A stretch of 64,000 nucleotides of DNA. Origin: Eledone cirrhosa. Lineage: Eukaryota. A program made the translations under genes and the position numbers. Shown here one piece after another: positions 28,040-42,900 of this stretch (its first letter is position 1; the number at the start of each line of letters is the position of its first letter). The stretch spans positions 50,592,001 to 50,656,000 of the forward strand of contig OZ024740.1 of NCBI GenBank assembly GCA_964016885.1, in the 5' to 3' direction. The notes below the pieces were generated by a model that saw only the letters and a program-made list of their open reading frames with translations, did no database searches and was not told the DNA's origin.

Positions 28040-30492
28040 ATTTCTAATTTAGGCACAAGGCCAGCAATTTGGGGAAAGTAAAGTCGATTATATTGACCAT
28101 AATACTTAAGTGATACTTTATTTTATCAAACCTCAGAAGGATGAAAGACAAAGTTGATTGTAGTATTTGAACTCAGAGCGATAGTTAGTTACTTTCAAAA
28201 TAGGTGTTTTAAAGAAATTTCAGAAATCCACTCCTTACCAACTTAAAGAATGTTTGTTCTGACAAAGAATGTTGTTTCAGGAAGAAGGTACATAATAACA
28301 GGAACATAGGAACATTGTTTAAGGAAATGGCTATATGGATGGCATTGATATCAGCTTCAAAATCTTAGAGTGCTCTCTATTGTTAAATCAAAGGTTTCTT
28401 TATCTATTAGTAAAGGACAATAATTTTCATTATATGTATTATTACAAATGAAGTAGTTATTTGTCATTTAGCTTCTTCCTATATTTATTTTAAAATTATC
28501 AACAGCTTTGAGAGCCTTTTCCTCAAATGGTGGAAAGGAGTTGTTTGGGGTAATTATGATGAATAGTGCTGGTTGTGACATTTGTAGTGGTAATAGTAGC
28601 TATGATGGTAGTATTGGTGCTAGCTTGTTAGTTATGACCAAGATGGAGGTATGTTAAGACTTTCCATTAATTATGATGTGGTATTATTGGTGTTCCCTGT
28701 CCAATCTGCAATTGATCATTGTAGACAAGTAGGCTTAAAACCAACAAAGTTGCTGAAGCTTCTTCCAGCTATGGATTGAAAATTTCCAGGTAGAACTACT
28801 GGTATTAATAGGGTGGTGGATTGGCAGTATCGGTAGAGCTTCAGACACCATGCTTCGTAGCATAAAGTTATGTCCCTTTATGTTCTGAGTTCATATCCCG
28901 CTGAGGTTAACTTTGCCTTTCATTCTAATGGGGGTCGATAAAATAAAACACCAGTAATGCACTGGGGTCAATTTAAGCAACTTTTCCCTCCCCTTCAAAT
29001 TTCTGGCCTTGTGCCTATAATAGAAAGAATTAATAGTAATGGTGACACTAGCAGTGGTTCTAATGGCAATAGTAACTGTAGCAAACGTAATCAAAAGTGA
29101 AGATGAGAGGGTGTGGGTTATGAATGTGGTAGGAAACACAGAGGGAATCAGGGTGGTGTGGCGGGATGAAGGCTACATGGTCATTGTTAGGAGGCTGATA
29201 GGTAACAGTAGGAGAAGCATGGAGAGGAGAGGGCTGGGGTATACTGAAACAGAGATGAGTAGCAGAGTCATATAGGGGCTGGTTATATAATGATGAACAA
29301 TGATAGTTGGCATAAGAGAGTAGAGAAAAGGCTACAGTTAGCAGTGGACAATGTTGGTCATGGTAGGAGATAGGTGAGGTAGAGAGATAGATAGCAGATA
29401 GTGGTAGAGGTACAATGATAATGATACTAATAATTCTTTCTAACATAGACATAAGACCAGAAATTTGAGGGAAGGGGAAAGTCAATCATATCGACCCCAG
29501 TATTTAACTGGTACCTTATTTTATTGACCCTGAAAGGAAGAAAGCTAAAGTTGGCCTTGGCAGGGTTTGACCTCAGAATGTAGAAAGTTGTAACTAAATA
29601 CAACAAAGCATTTTGTCTGACGTTCCGCTAATACTGCCAATCCAGTACTCTGACAATGATGCTACTAATGAAAATAGTAAAGAGTGTGGATTGGCAGAAT
29701 TGATAGAGTATTGGATAAAATGCCATTGTGGTATTTGTTCTGGCTCTTTACATTCTGAGTTGAAATCCCGCTGAAGTCAACTTTATCTTTCATTCTTCTG
29801 GGGGGTCAATAAGATAAATTACCTGTCAAATACTGGCATTTATTTAATCAACTTTTCACCTCTCCCAAAATTGCTGGCCTTGTTCCTAAATCAGATATCA
29901 TTATTTAGGTATCATTTGAGTTCAAATCACGCCAAGGTTAACTTTGTTTTTCATCCTTACAGAAATCATAATATTTGTTTCTACTTTAGGCACAAGGCCA
30001 ACAATTTTTGGGGAGGAAAAGTCGATTGAATCAACCACAGTGCTTACTGGTGCTTTATTTTATCGACCCTGTAAGCTAACCTCAGTGGGATTTGAACTCA
30101 GAATGTAAAGGGCTGTAACTCTATGCTGTGAAGAATGTTGTCCAATGCTCTACCAATTCTGCCAATCCATCAATAATAATGAACATTATTGTGTACAGTG
30201 CTCAGGTGCACTACAACTCATCAAAGGTGCATGTATAGTACATAGAATAATGTATAAATTATATTTATAATTATAACAGCAGTGGATAATAGAATTGGTT
30301 GAATGCCAGAAAAACTTTTTGTGGCAGTTAGAATGTCTCTTCATATTCCAAGTTCAAGTCTTAGCAGGTTTAACTGTACTTTATATTCTCTTGAATCAAT
30401 AAAATGAAGTAGCTATCAAGTGCTGGAGTTGATTTAATCAACTTTACTCCGACCCCTAATTTGCTGGCCTTGTGCCTAAATTAGAAATCAAT
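28040..30492. mobile_element. Cluster of tRNA-derived SINE copies: ~28040-28180(-), 28811-29030(+), 29435-29645(-), 29685-29903(+), 29915-29960(+, partial), 29975-30170(-), 30280-30490(+)
   Basis: Recurring gattggcag head, gagtt(c/g)aaatc B box, ctttcat..gtcgataaaataaa core and ggccttgtgcct tail in both orientations. Confidence 0.8.
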
Positions 30493-30639
30493 GACATTAG
30501 TAATAAGAGTGATGATTAAAGGGGTCAAATATGGCCACACTTGGTGCTGCACATTATTACATTGGGGTATTGGACAGATGAACAAAGATGCTCAAGGGAT
30601 GCAACTTTTTAATATATGTTTTAAAGACAACCTCTCTAC

Positions 30640-31062
30640 TGTAGGTGCCAAGAAAATGCACCTGGTACACCCTGTAAGGTGGTTGGTGATAGGAAGGGTG
30701 CCTTGCTGTAGAAACCATGCCAAAGGGTTGAGAGGACCCTTCATTTGCATCAACAGTGTGACAAACTCTCTAGCATTGGTGATCTACATAATAAATGCAT
30801 CCACAACATTGCTGTAAAGTGGTTGGTGAAAGGAAGGGCATCTAACCATAGGAATCTTGCCAAACAAAGGGTTGGAAGGCTCCGTCAGTTGTGTCAAAGA
30901 CATGATAACCTCTCTAGCATTGGTGCCATGATAAAATGCACTCTGGAGAAAGGGAGCCCATATGTAAGCAAGATGCAGACCTCAGCCTTCACCGCTGTGA
31001 AGATGTGTCCAACCCTTGCTAGCAGGGAAAGTGGATGTTAAATGATGATGATGATGATGATG
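30640..31062 (+). mobile_element. RTE 3'-UTR-derived element with an internal ~140-bp duplication and (GAT)n tail
   Basis: tgtaa.gtggttggtga..ggaaggg at ~30673 and ~30813; ends gcagggaaaagtggatgttaaatgatgatgat. Confidence 0.7.
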
Positions 31063-32199
31063 AAATCGCTACTATTCTAACCACAGCTATTCCATCTTAT
31101 ATTTTCATGACTACATTATCCAATGTTTCCTTCCATTTTTTTTTAATGGTTAAGTTCTAATTTGAAGGAGATTTTGGCTGTTATTTCTAGAGGTTTCTTT
31201 GTTGGCCAATAAAAATTTTGATATTGGGTAGAGGTGGTTGGTGGGGGGTATTGATCATAGGGTGGATGGTTGGGGAAGCTATATTAGTGGTTTTGGTTCG
31301 TTGGCTTGTGGTGTTGGTGATGGTGATAGTTGAGATGTTGCTAATCATATAGTGACAGCATGGTGTAGTAGTAGTAGTAGTAGTGGTGGTGGTGGTGGTG
31401 GTAGGTGGTGGCAGTAGTAGTAGCAGTAGTGGTGGTGGTGGTGGTGAGAATGTTGATTGCATGCAGTTGTGGAGATGGGGTTGAGGCAGTTTTAGGGTGA
31501 GCTTGTCATGGTAGTAGTTGGTTGATGATATTCAGCTGTTGAGGTAACAGTGTTAGTATATTGATAGTTATCGATGGTGTTAGTAAGGTAATGATAATGT
31601 TTTTGTTGTTGTTTAGTCACAGGTCAACCCTGGTTGAGTAGACCTATGGCCAAAGGCATTCCAGATATGACCTTCCCATCTTTTCCCTGTGTATAAGGAA
31701 CCTGGATCAAATTATCGAATGTCTTCTTTTTTTAAAGAAAGAGTGATTTGAGCGAGTTTTGGCTGCCATTCCTAGCAGGTTGACCAACCATGTAAAGGTC
31801 TGCCCAATAGCTCCTGATAGTTATGCTGGTGATGATATTAATAGTGATGGCATAGTGTTGTCACTTTGTTAGTGGTGGTGGTGGTGGTAGCAATAACCAC
31901 AATGAAGGTAGTGAGAGTTGTGTGGGCAGTAAAAGTTAACTTTATTTAACTATAGTCTACTTTAGAAACAATAAGGTTTGTTTATTTGCTCTATGGAACC
32001 GGTCACTCCCAAAGTTTTTGAGTTGCTGAACAACTATTGAGGTATTCATTTTAGTTTGTAGGAGTGGTAAGTCCTGAAGAAGAAACAAATATATGACAAC
32101 AACCTTTGACCTTCCAGACATCGGAATGTTAATGTGGAATTATCTAGAAATACAGAGAAAAGATTTTCAGCATTACCATGACTATCTCCCATCATCCCA

Positions 32200-34260
32200 C
32201 CCCACTACCCCCATCACCACCACCACCACCATCATCACCACCACCATCACCACCACCACCACTACCACCACCATCATCACCACCACCACCACCACCACCA
32301 CCATAACCATCACCACAACCATCACCACAACCATCACCACCATCACCACCACCACCACCATCATCACCATCACCACCATCACCACCATCACCATCACCAT
32401 CACCACCATCACCACCACCACCATCACCACCATCACCACCACCACCATCACCACCATCACCATCACCACCATCATCACCACCACCATCACCACCATCACC
32501 ACCACCACCACCATCACCACCATCACCACCATCACCACCACCATCACCACCATCACCACCATCACCACCATCACCACCACCACTATCACCACCATCATCA
32601 CCACCACCATCACCACCACCATCACCACCACCACCACAATCACCACCATCACCATCACCACCACCATCACCACCACCACCACCACCACCATCACCACCAT
32701 CACCACCACCACCATCACCACCACTGCCACCACCACCACCATCACCACCATCACCATCACCACCACCATCACCACTGCCACCACCATCACCATCACCACC
32801 ATCACCACCACCACCATCACCACCATCATCACCACCACCATCACCACCACCATCACCACCACCACCATCACCACAATCACCACCATCACCATCACCATCA
32901 CCACCACCATCACCATCACCACCATCACCACCACCACCATCACCACCATCATCACCACCACCATCACCACCATCACCATCACCACCACCATCACCACCAT
33001 CACCACCATCACCACCATCACCACCATCACCACCACCACCATCACCACAATCACCACCATCACCATCACCATCACCACCACCACCACCATCACCACCATC
33101 ACCATCACCACCATCACCACCACCACCATCACCACCATCATCACCACCACCATCACCACCATCACCATCACAACCGCCATCACCACCATCACCACCATCA
33201 CCACCATCACCACCACCACTATCACCACCATCATCACCACCACCATCACCACCACCATCACCACCACCACCACAATCACCACCATCACCATCACCACCAC
33301 CATCACCACCACCACCATCAGCACCATCACCACCATCACCACCATCACCACCACCACCATCACCACCACTGCCACCACCACCACCATCACCACCATCACC
33401 ATCACCACCACCATCACCACTGCCACCACCATCACCATCACCACCATCACCACCATCATCACCACCACCATCACCACCACCATCACCACCACCATCACCA
33501 CCACCACCATCACCACAATCACCACCATCACCATCACCATCACCACCACCATCACCACCATCACCATCACCACCACCAACACCACAACCATCACCATCAC
33601 CACCACCACCACCATCACCACCATCACCATCACCACCATCACCACCATCATCACCACCACCATCACCACCATCACCACCATCACCACAACCATCACTACC
33701 ACCATTATCACCACTACCACCACCATCATCACCACCACGATCACCACCACCACCACCATCACCACCACCACCATCACCACCACCACCATCACCACCACTG
33801 CCACCACCATCATCACCACCACCACCATCACCGCCACCACCATCACCACCACCAACACCACAACCATCACTACCACCACCATCACCACTATCACCACCAC
33901 CATTATCACCACTACCACCACCATCATCACCATCACCACCATCACCACCACCACCACCATCACCACCACTGCCACCACCATCATCACCACCACCACCATC
34001 ACCGCCACAACCATCACCACCACCAACACCACAACCATCACTACCACCACCATCACCACTATCACCACCACCATTATCACCACTACCACCACCATCATCA
34101 CCATCACCACCATCACCATCACCACAACCATCACCACCACCACCACCATCACCACCACCACCATCACCACCACCACCACCATCACCACCACCACCATCAC
34201 CACCATCACCACCACTGCCACCACCATCATCACCACCAACACCACCACCACCATTACTAT
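32200..34260. repeat. (CAC/CAT)n trinucleotide tract, ~2 kb
   Basis: Direct reading; it produces the poly-T/I and poly-V/M pseudo-ORFs. Confidence 0.98.
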
Positions 34261-34608
34261 AATCATTATCAGTATTGCCATCATTTCCTTATTGTCTTCC
34301 TTATCATTATTTGTACTGATTATCAACATTTATTACAGTCAATAACTTTGTCATCACTACCATCATTACCACAACTGCCATTATCACATCTATCTTTATC
34401 ATTACTAATAGTATGTCAACAGTGGATATGAGGGCACAATCACCATGAGAGCCTGTACATGGTTACTCTACCTGCTAGAAACAACAACCAAATCTCTCTC
34501 AACTCAACCTTCTGACCTCCTTAGAAATGGACACATTAGATAAAAGTGGTTCTTGGTTACCTTCACATAGGAAAAAGATGAAATGGTCATGGCTGGAATG
34601 CTTTAGAT

Positions 34609-34991
34609 TAGGAATGGGCAACTGCTTTTGAGTAATCAGCCTCATGAGATATGGCTCATCATAAGGTGGGCCATATTATTAAAAAAATAAACAACGGTAC
34701 TTTTTGGTTTGGCATGCTATTCAGAAAACCAAATGGGCTACATGCAGCCTGTGGGAAACATGCAGCCTGCAGGCCACATGCAGCTTATGAACTACATGCA
34801 GCTTTTGAACCACATGCAGCCTGCAGGTCACATACAGCAATTAGGCCACATGCAGCTTGGGAGCCACATGCAGCCAGTAAGTCACATGCAGTCTGCAGGC
34901 CACATGCAGCTTGTGAACCACATGCAGTCTGCAGGCCACATGCAGCTTGAGAACCACATGCAGCCTGCAGGCTGCAGTTTGCCTATGACTG
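34609..34991. mobile_element. hAT (Charlie-like) MITE with an internal 18-bp tandem repeat
   Basis: Termini taggaatgggcaact / agtttgcctatgactg, 8-bp TSD ctttagat (34601-34608) / ctttaaat (34992-34999), ~13 copies of ccacatgcagcctgcagg at ~34737-34975. Confidence 0.7.
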
Positions 34992-35299
34992 CTTTAAATC
35001 ATAAACAATAACAAATACAAAAATTATCACAACCACCACCAAAACTTTCACTTCTTTCGTTCATCCATCATCTTTATATCAATGTTCCTTACTTTTCTTT
35101 CCTCCCACACCATTGTGGATATTATCTGCTAAGTGTCTACGTGTAGTGTAGCATAAAGTTGCACATATTCGACATAGGATAATAGGTAGTATATTGATTT
35201 ATTATTATCTTTTTTACACTAATGTATTATTGGTATATATTTCTTTGACTCTGATATGATTCAAATTCAGGACCAACAGTGAGAAACTGTTTTATTTAT

Positions 35300-36590
35300 T
35301 TATTTATTTTTCTTTTTGTGAAGTATTGCCAAGAGGTATATTTTTGATTTGTAAACCTCAAAAAGGCATATGACCAGCTGTGGAAGCTTCCGCAGGAGTA
35401 TATGATAGATGGTCAGCTTTTGTTGCCCTGATGTCTCTATATCAATGCTTAAGTATTTATTTTTGGATAAATGGTGCTAAATCGAAATCATTCAATGTGG
35501 GAGTTGGACTCTGCCAAGGGTGCATACTGTCACCTCTTCTGTTCATTATTTTCATGAACAAGGGCGATGGATTGGCAGTACCGGTAGAGGGTCAGACACC
35601 ATGCTTTGACGCATAGAGTTACGGCCCTTGCCATTCTGAGTTCAAATCCCACCGAGTTAACTTTGCCTTTCATCCTTACGGGGTCGATAAAATAAAGTAC
35701 CAGTCATACACTGGGTAATTGATGGCCTTGTGCCAAAAGTAGAAACAATTATTTTCATGAACAAGATTGACATGTGCAGCCGGACTGGAAGTGGTGTCAT
35801 GACTGACAGGTGTAAAATAAGTCGGCTGGAATTTGCAGACGACATGGTGTTACTTAACTCGACAGAAAGTGATCTCCAACTTGAACCTGATAGGTTTGAT
35901 GCCAAGTGCTGCTTGGCTGGTATGAAAATCAGTGCTGCAAAAATTGAGACACTCATCCTCTCAAGGAATCCTGTGCAGTGTGAATGGAGTTCCACTAAAG
36001 CAGGTGGAGAATTTCAAGTATCTTGGGGCCATGTTCATGAGTGATGGATAACAGGAGGCTGAATTAAGTACAAGAATTGCATAAGATTAAGCATTCAGTA
36101 ATCAGAAGGGAGGGAGGTGTAAAAGCCAAAGTCACTGTCTTCAATTTGGTATTCATGCTAACCCTTACCTTTGGTCATGTATCTTGGGTAATGACTGGAA
36201 GAATACGATTGCGAATACAAGTTGCTGAAAGAGGGTTCTTCCGAAGAGTCTTTGGAGTAACGTTACTCAATAGAGTACATAGCTCAGAGATCAGAGAGTC
36301 ACTCCAGGTAGAGCCACTACAGGTCCAAATTGAGAGATCACAGCTATGGGCATGGGGTTAGAATATCACAAGAAAGAATTACTGGACAGATTTTACAGGC
36401 AAAACCAACTGGCAGGAGACCTAGGGGTCGACCCCAAGCAAGATGGTTGGATAACATTCATGAGTTGGCTGGTCTCACATGGAAATCTACCAAGATCAGT
36501 TGGTTGCTTCTGACAGGATCTGCTGGAAGGAGTATTTGAGGACTCTGCCCCCACGACCCTCTCAGGAATAAGTGGGAGAAGAAGAAGAAT
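35300..36590 (+). mobile_element. Decayed 5'-truncated RTE LINE interrupted by a SINE
   Basis: [40 protein letters not shown], (GAA)n tail at ~36578-36589. Confidence 0.88.
35563..35747 (+). mobile_element. Full-length tRNA-derived SINE with 18-bp TSD
   Basis: attattttcatgaacaag at 35545-35562 and 35748-35765; A-box tggcagtaccggt, B-box gagttcaaatc. Confidence 0.92.
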
Positions 36591-36934
36591 ATATATAGAT
36601 ACAGAGAGAGAGAAAGAGTGTGTGTGACAATAAGAAATTGAGCTTTATGTGAAACTTTATTTCATATTACAATTGTTTCTATATCATTAAGCTCAGGTTT
36701 GATCATACAATCGGATACTGACTCTTAATCGACACTTCTTCAAATATAAGAGTTTACATGGGTGGTTACATGCAAACTGTTGACATATGTCCCATCTTCA
36801 TTTTATATACATGTTATTGGGTTATGGTGGTTGGGTAGATGGAGAATAGTAAATTTCAAAATCACAGAATTGATGAATTGTATATATATTACATCTCCCA
36901 TGAAGATAAGCTGAAGTACACATCAAGTGATGCC

Positions 36935-39900
36935 TCCAGCCCACGTTGTAAAGTGATCTTCTAGGTGTCATTACAAAAAGCACCCAGTCCACACTGTAAA
37001 GTGATCTTGTAGGTGTCATTAAACAAAGCACCCAGTCCACACGGTAAAGTGGTCTTATAGGTGTCATTACAAAAAGCACCTAGTCCACACTGTAAAGTGG
37101 TCTTATAGGTGTCATTACAAAAAGCACCCAGTCCACACTGTAAAGTGGTCTTATAGGTGTCATTACAAAAAGCACCTAGTCCACACTGTAAAGTGGTCTT
37201 GTACATGTCATTACAAAAACACCCAGTCCACACAGTAAAGTGGTCTTGTAGGTATCATTACAAAAAGCACCCAGTCCACACTGTAAAGTGGTCTTGTAGG
37301 TGATATTACAAAAAGCACCCAGTCCACACTGTAAAGTGATCTTGTAGGTGTCATTACAAAAAGCACCCAGTCCACACTGTAAAGTGGTCTTATAGGTGTC
37401 ATTACAAAAAGCACCTAGTCCACACTGTAAAGTGATCTTGTAGGTGTCATTACAAAAAGCACCCAGTCCACACTGTAAAGTGGTCTTATAGGTGTCATTA
37501 CAAGAAGCACCCAGTCCACACTGTAAAGTGGTCTTGTAGGTGTCATTACAAAAAGCACCCAGTCCACACTGTAAAGTGATCTTGTAGGTGTCATTACAAA
37601 AAGCACCTAGTCCACACTGTAAAGTGGTCTTGTAGGTGTCATTACAAAAAGCACTCAGTCCACACTGTAAAGTGGTCTTGTAGGTGTCATTACAAAAAGC
37701 ACCTAGTCCACACTGTAAATTGGTCTTGTAGATGTCATTACAAAAAGCACCCAGTCAACACTGTAAAGTGGTCTTGTAGGTGTCATTACAAAAAGCACCT
37801 AGTCCACACTGTAAAGTGATCTTGTAGGTGTCATTACAAAAAGCACCTAGTCCACACTGTAAAGTGATCTTGTAGGTGTCATTACAAAAAGCACCTAGTC
37901 CACACTGTATAGTGGTGTTGTACGTGTCATTACAAAAAGCACCCAGTCCACACTGTAAAGTGCTCTTGTAGGTGTCATTAGAGAAAGCACCTAGTCCACA
38001 CTGTAAAGTGATCTTGTAGGTGTCATTACAAAAAGCACCAAGTCCACACTGTAAAGTGATCTTGTAGGTGTCATTACAAAAAGCACCTAGTCCACACTGT
38101 AAAGTGATCTTGTAGGTGTCATTAGAGAAAGAACCTAGTCCACACTGTAAAGTGATCTTGTAGGTGTCATTACAAAAAGCACCTAGTCCACACTGTAAAG
38201 TGATCTTGTAGGTGTCATTACAAAAAGCACCTAGTCCACACTGTAAAGTGATCTTGTAGGTGTCATTACAAAAAGCACCTAGTCCACACTGTAAAGTGAT
38301 CTTGTAGGTGTCATTACAAAAAGCACCTAGTCCACACTGTAAAGTGATCTTGTAGGTGTCATTACAAAAAGCACTCAGTCCACACTGTAAAGTGGTCTTG
38401 TAGGTGTCATTACAAAAATCACCTAGTCCACGCTGTAAAGTAATCTTGTAGGTGTCATTACAAAAAGCACCCAGTCCACATTGTAAAGTGGTCTTCTAGG
38501 TGTCATTGCAAAAAGCACCTAGTCCACATTGTAAAGTGATCTTGTAGGTGTCATTACAAAAAGCACCCAGTCCACACTGTAAAGTGGTCTTGTAGGTGTC
38601 ATTACAAAAAGCACCTGTAAAGTGATCTTCTAGGTGTCATTACAAAAAGCACCTAGTCCACACTGTAAAGTGGTCTTGTAGGTGTCATTACAAAAAGCAC
38701 CCAGTCCACACTGTAAAGTGGTCTTGTAGGTGTCATTACAAAAAGCACCCAGTCAAAACTGTAAAGTGGTCGTGTAGGTGTCATTACAAAAAGCATCTAG
38801 TCCACATTGTAAAGTGATCTTGTAGGTGTCATTACAAAAAGCACCTAGTCCAAACTGTAAAGTGGTCTTGTAGATGTCATTACAAAAAGCACCCAGTCCA
38901 CACTGTAAAGTGGTCTTGTAGGTGTCATTACAAAAAGCAACCAGTCAAAACTGTAAAGTGGTCGTGTAGGTGTCATTACAAAAAGCATCTAGTCCACATT
39001 GTAAAGTGATCTTGTAGGTGTCATTACAAAAAGCACCTAGTCCAAATTGTAAAGTGGTCTTGTAGATGTCATTACAAAAAGCACCCAGTCCAAACTGTAA
39101 AGTGGTCGTGTAGGTGTCATTACAAAAAGCACCTAGTCCACACTGTAAAGTGATCTTGTAGGTGTCATTATAAAAAGCATCTAGTTCACATTGTAAAGTG
39201 ATCTTGTAGGTGTCATTACAAAAAGCACCTAGTCCAAACTGTAAAGTGGTCTTGTAGATGTCATTACAAAAAGCACCCAGTCCACACTGTAAAGTGGTCT
39301 TGTAGGTGTCATTACAAAAAGCACACAGTCCACACTCTAAAGTGGTCTTGTAGGTGTCATTACAAAAAACACCCAGTCCACACCGTAAAGTGGTCTTGTA
39401 GGTGTCATTACAAAAAGCACCCAGTCCAATCTGTAAAGTGGTATTGTAGGTGTCATTACAAAAAGCACCCAGTCCAAACTGTAAAGTGGTCGTGTAGGTG
39501 TCATTACAAAAAGCATCTAGTCCACATTGTAAAGTGATCTTGTAGGTGTCATTACAAAAAGCACCTAGTCCAAACTGTAAAGTGGTCTTGTAGATGTCAT
39601 TACAAAAAGCACCCAGTCCACACTGTAAAGTGGTCTTGTAGGTGTCATTACAAAAAGCACCCAGTCAAAACTGTAAAGTAGTCGTGTAGGTGTCATTACA
39701 AAAAGCATATAGTCCACATTGTAAAGTGATCTTGTAGGTGTCATTACAAAAAGCACCTAGTCCAAACTGTAAAGTGGTCTTGTAGATGTCATTACAAAAA
39801 GCACCAGTCCACACTGTAAAGTGGTCTTGTAGGTGTCATTACAAAAAGCACCCAGTCAAAACTGTAAAGTGGTCGTGTAGGTGTCATTACAAAAAGCATC

Positions 39901-42900
39901 TAGTCCACATTGTAAAGTGATCTTGTAGGTGTCATTACAAAAAGCACCTAGTCCAAACTATAAAGTGGTCTTGTAGATGTCATTACAAAAAGCATCCAGT
40001 CCACACTGTAAAGTGGTCTTGTAGGTGTCATTACAAAAAGCACACAGTCCACACTCTAAAGTGGTCTTGTAGGTGTCATTACAAAAAGCACCCAGTCCAC
40101 ACTGTAAAGTGGTCTTGTAGGTGTCATTACAAAAAGCACCCAGTCCAATCTGTAAAGTGGTCTTGTAGGTGTCATTACGAAAAGCACCCAGTCCAAACTG
40201 TAAAGTGGTCGTGTAGGTGTCATTACAAAAAGCACCTAGTCCACACTGTAAAGTGATCTTGTAGGTGTCATTATATAAACACCTAGTCCACACTGTAAAG
40301 TGATCTTGTAGGTGTCATTACAAAAAGCACCTAGTCCACATTGTAAAGTGATCTTGTAGGTGTCATTACAAAAAGCACCAAGTCCACACTGTTAAGTGGT
40401 CTTGTAGGTGTCATTACAAAAAGCATCTAGTCCACACTGTAAAGTGGTCTTGTAGATATCATTACAAAAAGCACCCAGTCCAAACTGTAAAGTGATCTTG
40501 TAGGTGTCATTACAAAAAGCACCCAGTCCACACTGTAAAGTGGTCTTGTAGGTGTCATTACAAAAAGCACCTAGTCCACACTGTAAAGTGATCTTGTAGG
40601 TGTCATTACAAAAAGCACCCAATCCACATTGTAAAGTGGTCTTCTAAGTGTCATTAAAAAAAGCACCCAGTCCACACTGTAAAGTGGTCTTGTAGGTGTC
40701 ATTACAAAAAGCACCCAGTCCACACTCTAAAGTGGTCTTGTAGGTGTCATTACAAAAAGCACCCAGTCCACACTCTAAAGTGGTCTTGTAGGTGTCATTA
40801 CAAAAAGCACCTAGTCCTCACTGTAAAGTGATCTTGTAGGTGTCATTACAAAAAGCACCTAGTCCACATTGTAAACTGATCTTGTAGGTGTCATTAAAAA
40901 AAGCACCCAGTCCACACTGTAAAGTGGTCTTGTAGGTGTCATTACAAAAAGCACCTAGTCCACACTGTAAAGTGGTCTTGTAGGTGTCATTACAAAAAGC
41001 ACCCAGTCCAAACTGTAAAGTGGTCTTGTAGGTGTCATTAAAAAAAGCACCTAGTCCACACTGTAAAGTGATCTTGTAGGTGTCATTACAAAAAGCACCT
41101 AGTCCACACTGTAAAGTGATCTTGTAGGTGTCATTACAAAAAGCACCTAGTCCACATAGTAAAGTGATCTTGTATGTGTCATTACAAAAAGCACCTAGTC
41201 CACACTGTAAAGTGATCTTGTAGGTGTCATTACAAAAAGCACCTAGTTCACACTATAAAGTGATCTTGTAGGTGTCATTACAAAAAGCACCTAGTCCACA
41301 TTGTAAAGTGATCTTGTAGGTGTCATTACAAAAAGCACCTACTCCACACGGTAAAGTGATCTTGTAGGTGTCATTACAAAAAGCACCCAGTCCACACTGC
41401 AAAGTGGTCTTGTAGATGTCATTACAAAAAGCACCCAGTCCACACTGTAAAGTGGTCTTGTAGGTGTCATTACAAAAAGCACCCAGTGCACACTGTAAAG
41501 TGGTCTTGTAGGTGTCATTACAAAAAGCACCCAGTCCAAACTGTAAAGTGGTCTTGTAGGTGTCATTACAAAAAGCACCTAGTCCACACTGTAAAGTGAT
41601 CTTGTAGGTGTCATTACAAAAAGCACCTAGTCCACACTGTAAAGTGATCTTGTAGGTGTCATTACAAAAAGCACCTAGTCCACATAGTAAAGTGATCTTG
41701 TATGTGTCATTACAAAAAGCACCTAGTCCACACTGTAAAGTGATCTTGTAGGTGTCATTACAAAAAGCACCTAGTTCACACTATAAAGTGATCTTGTAGA
41801 TGTCATTACAAAAAGCACCTAGTCCACATTGTAAAGTGATCTTGTAGGTGTCATTACAAAAAGCACCTACTCCACACTGTAAAGTGATCTTGTAGGTGTC
41901 ATTACAAAAAGCACCCAGTCCACACTGTAAAGTGGTCTTGTAGGTGTCATTACAAAAAGCACCCAGTCCACACTGCAAAGTGGTCTTGTAGATGTCATTA
42001 CAAAAAGCACCCAGTCCACACTGCAAAGTGGTCTTGTAGGTGTCATTACAAAAAGCACCCAGTCCACACTGTAAAGTGGTCTTGTAGGTGTCATTACAAA
42101 AAGCACCCAGTCCAAACTGTAAAGTGGTCTTGTAGGTGTCATTACAAAAAGCACCTAGTCCACACTGTAAAGTGATCTTGTAGGTGTCATTACAAAAAGC
42201 ACCTAGTCCACACTGTAAAGTGATCTTGTAGGTGTCATTACAAAAAGCACCTAGTCCACATAGTAAAGTGATCTTGTATGTGTCATTACAAAAAGCACCT
42301 AGTCCACACTGTAAAGTGATCTTGTAGGTGTCATTACAAAAAGCACCTAGTTCACATTGTAAAGTGATCTTGTAGGTGTCATTACAAAAAGCACCTACTC
42401 CACACTGTAAAGTGATCTTGTAGGTGTCATTACAAAAAGCACCCAGTCCACACTGTAAAGTGGTCTTGTAGGTGTCATTACAAAAAGCACCCAGTCCACA
42501 CTGCAAAGTGGTCTTGTAGATGTCATTACAAAAAGCACCCAGTCCACACTGCAAAGTGGTCTTGTAGGTGTCATTACAAAAAGCACCCAGTCCACACTGT
42601 AAAGTGGTCTTGTAGGTGTCATTACAAAATGCACCTAGTCCACACTGTAAAGTGGTCTTGTAGATGTCATTACAAAAAGCACCCAGTCCACACTGGAAAG
42701 TGGTTTTGTAGGTGTCATTACAAAAAGCACCCAGTCCACACTGTAAAGTGGTCTTGTAGGTGTCATTACAAAATGCACCTAGTCCACACTGTAAAGTGGT
42801 CTTGTAGATGTCATTACAAAAAGCACCCAGTCCACACTGCAAAGTGATTTTGTAGGTGTCATTACAAAAAGCACCCAGTCCACACTGCAAAGTGGTCTTG

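Noticed and set aside
32093-34345. 750-aa Thr-rich mucin-like ORF
   Set aside because: Almost pure CAC/CAT trinucleotide tract that is open on both strands; no signal peptide or domain.
34651-35011. HAA/HMQ repeat ORFs
   Set aside because: By-product of the 18-bp repeat inside the hAT MITE.
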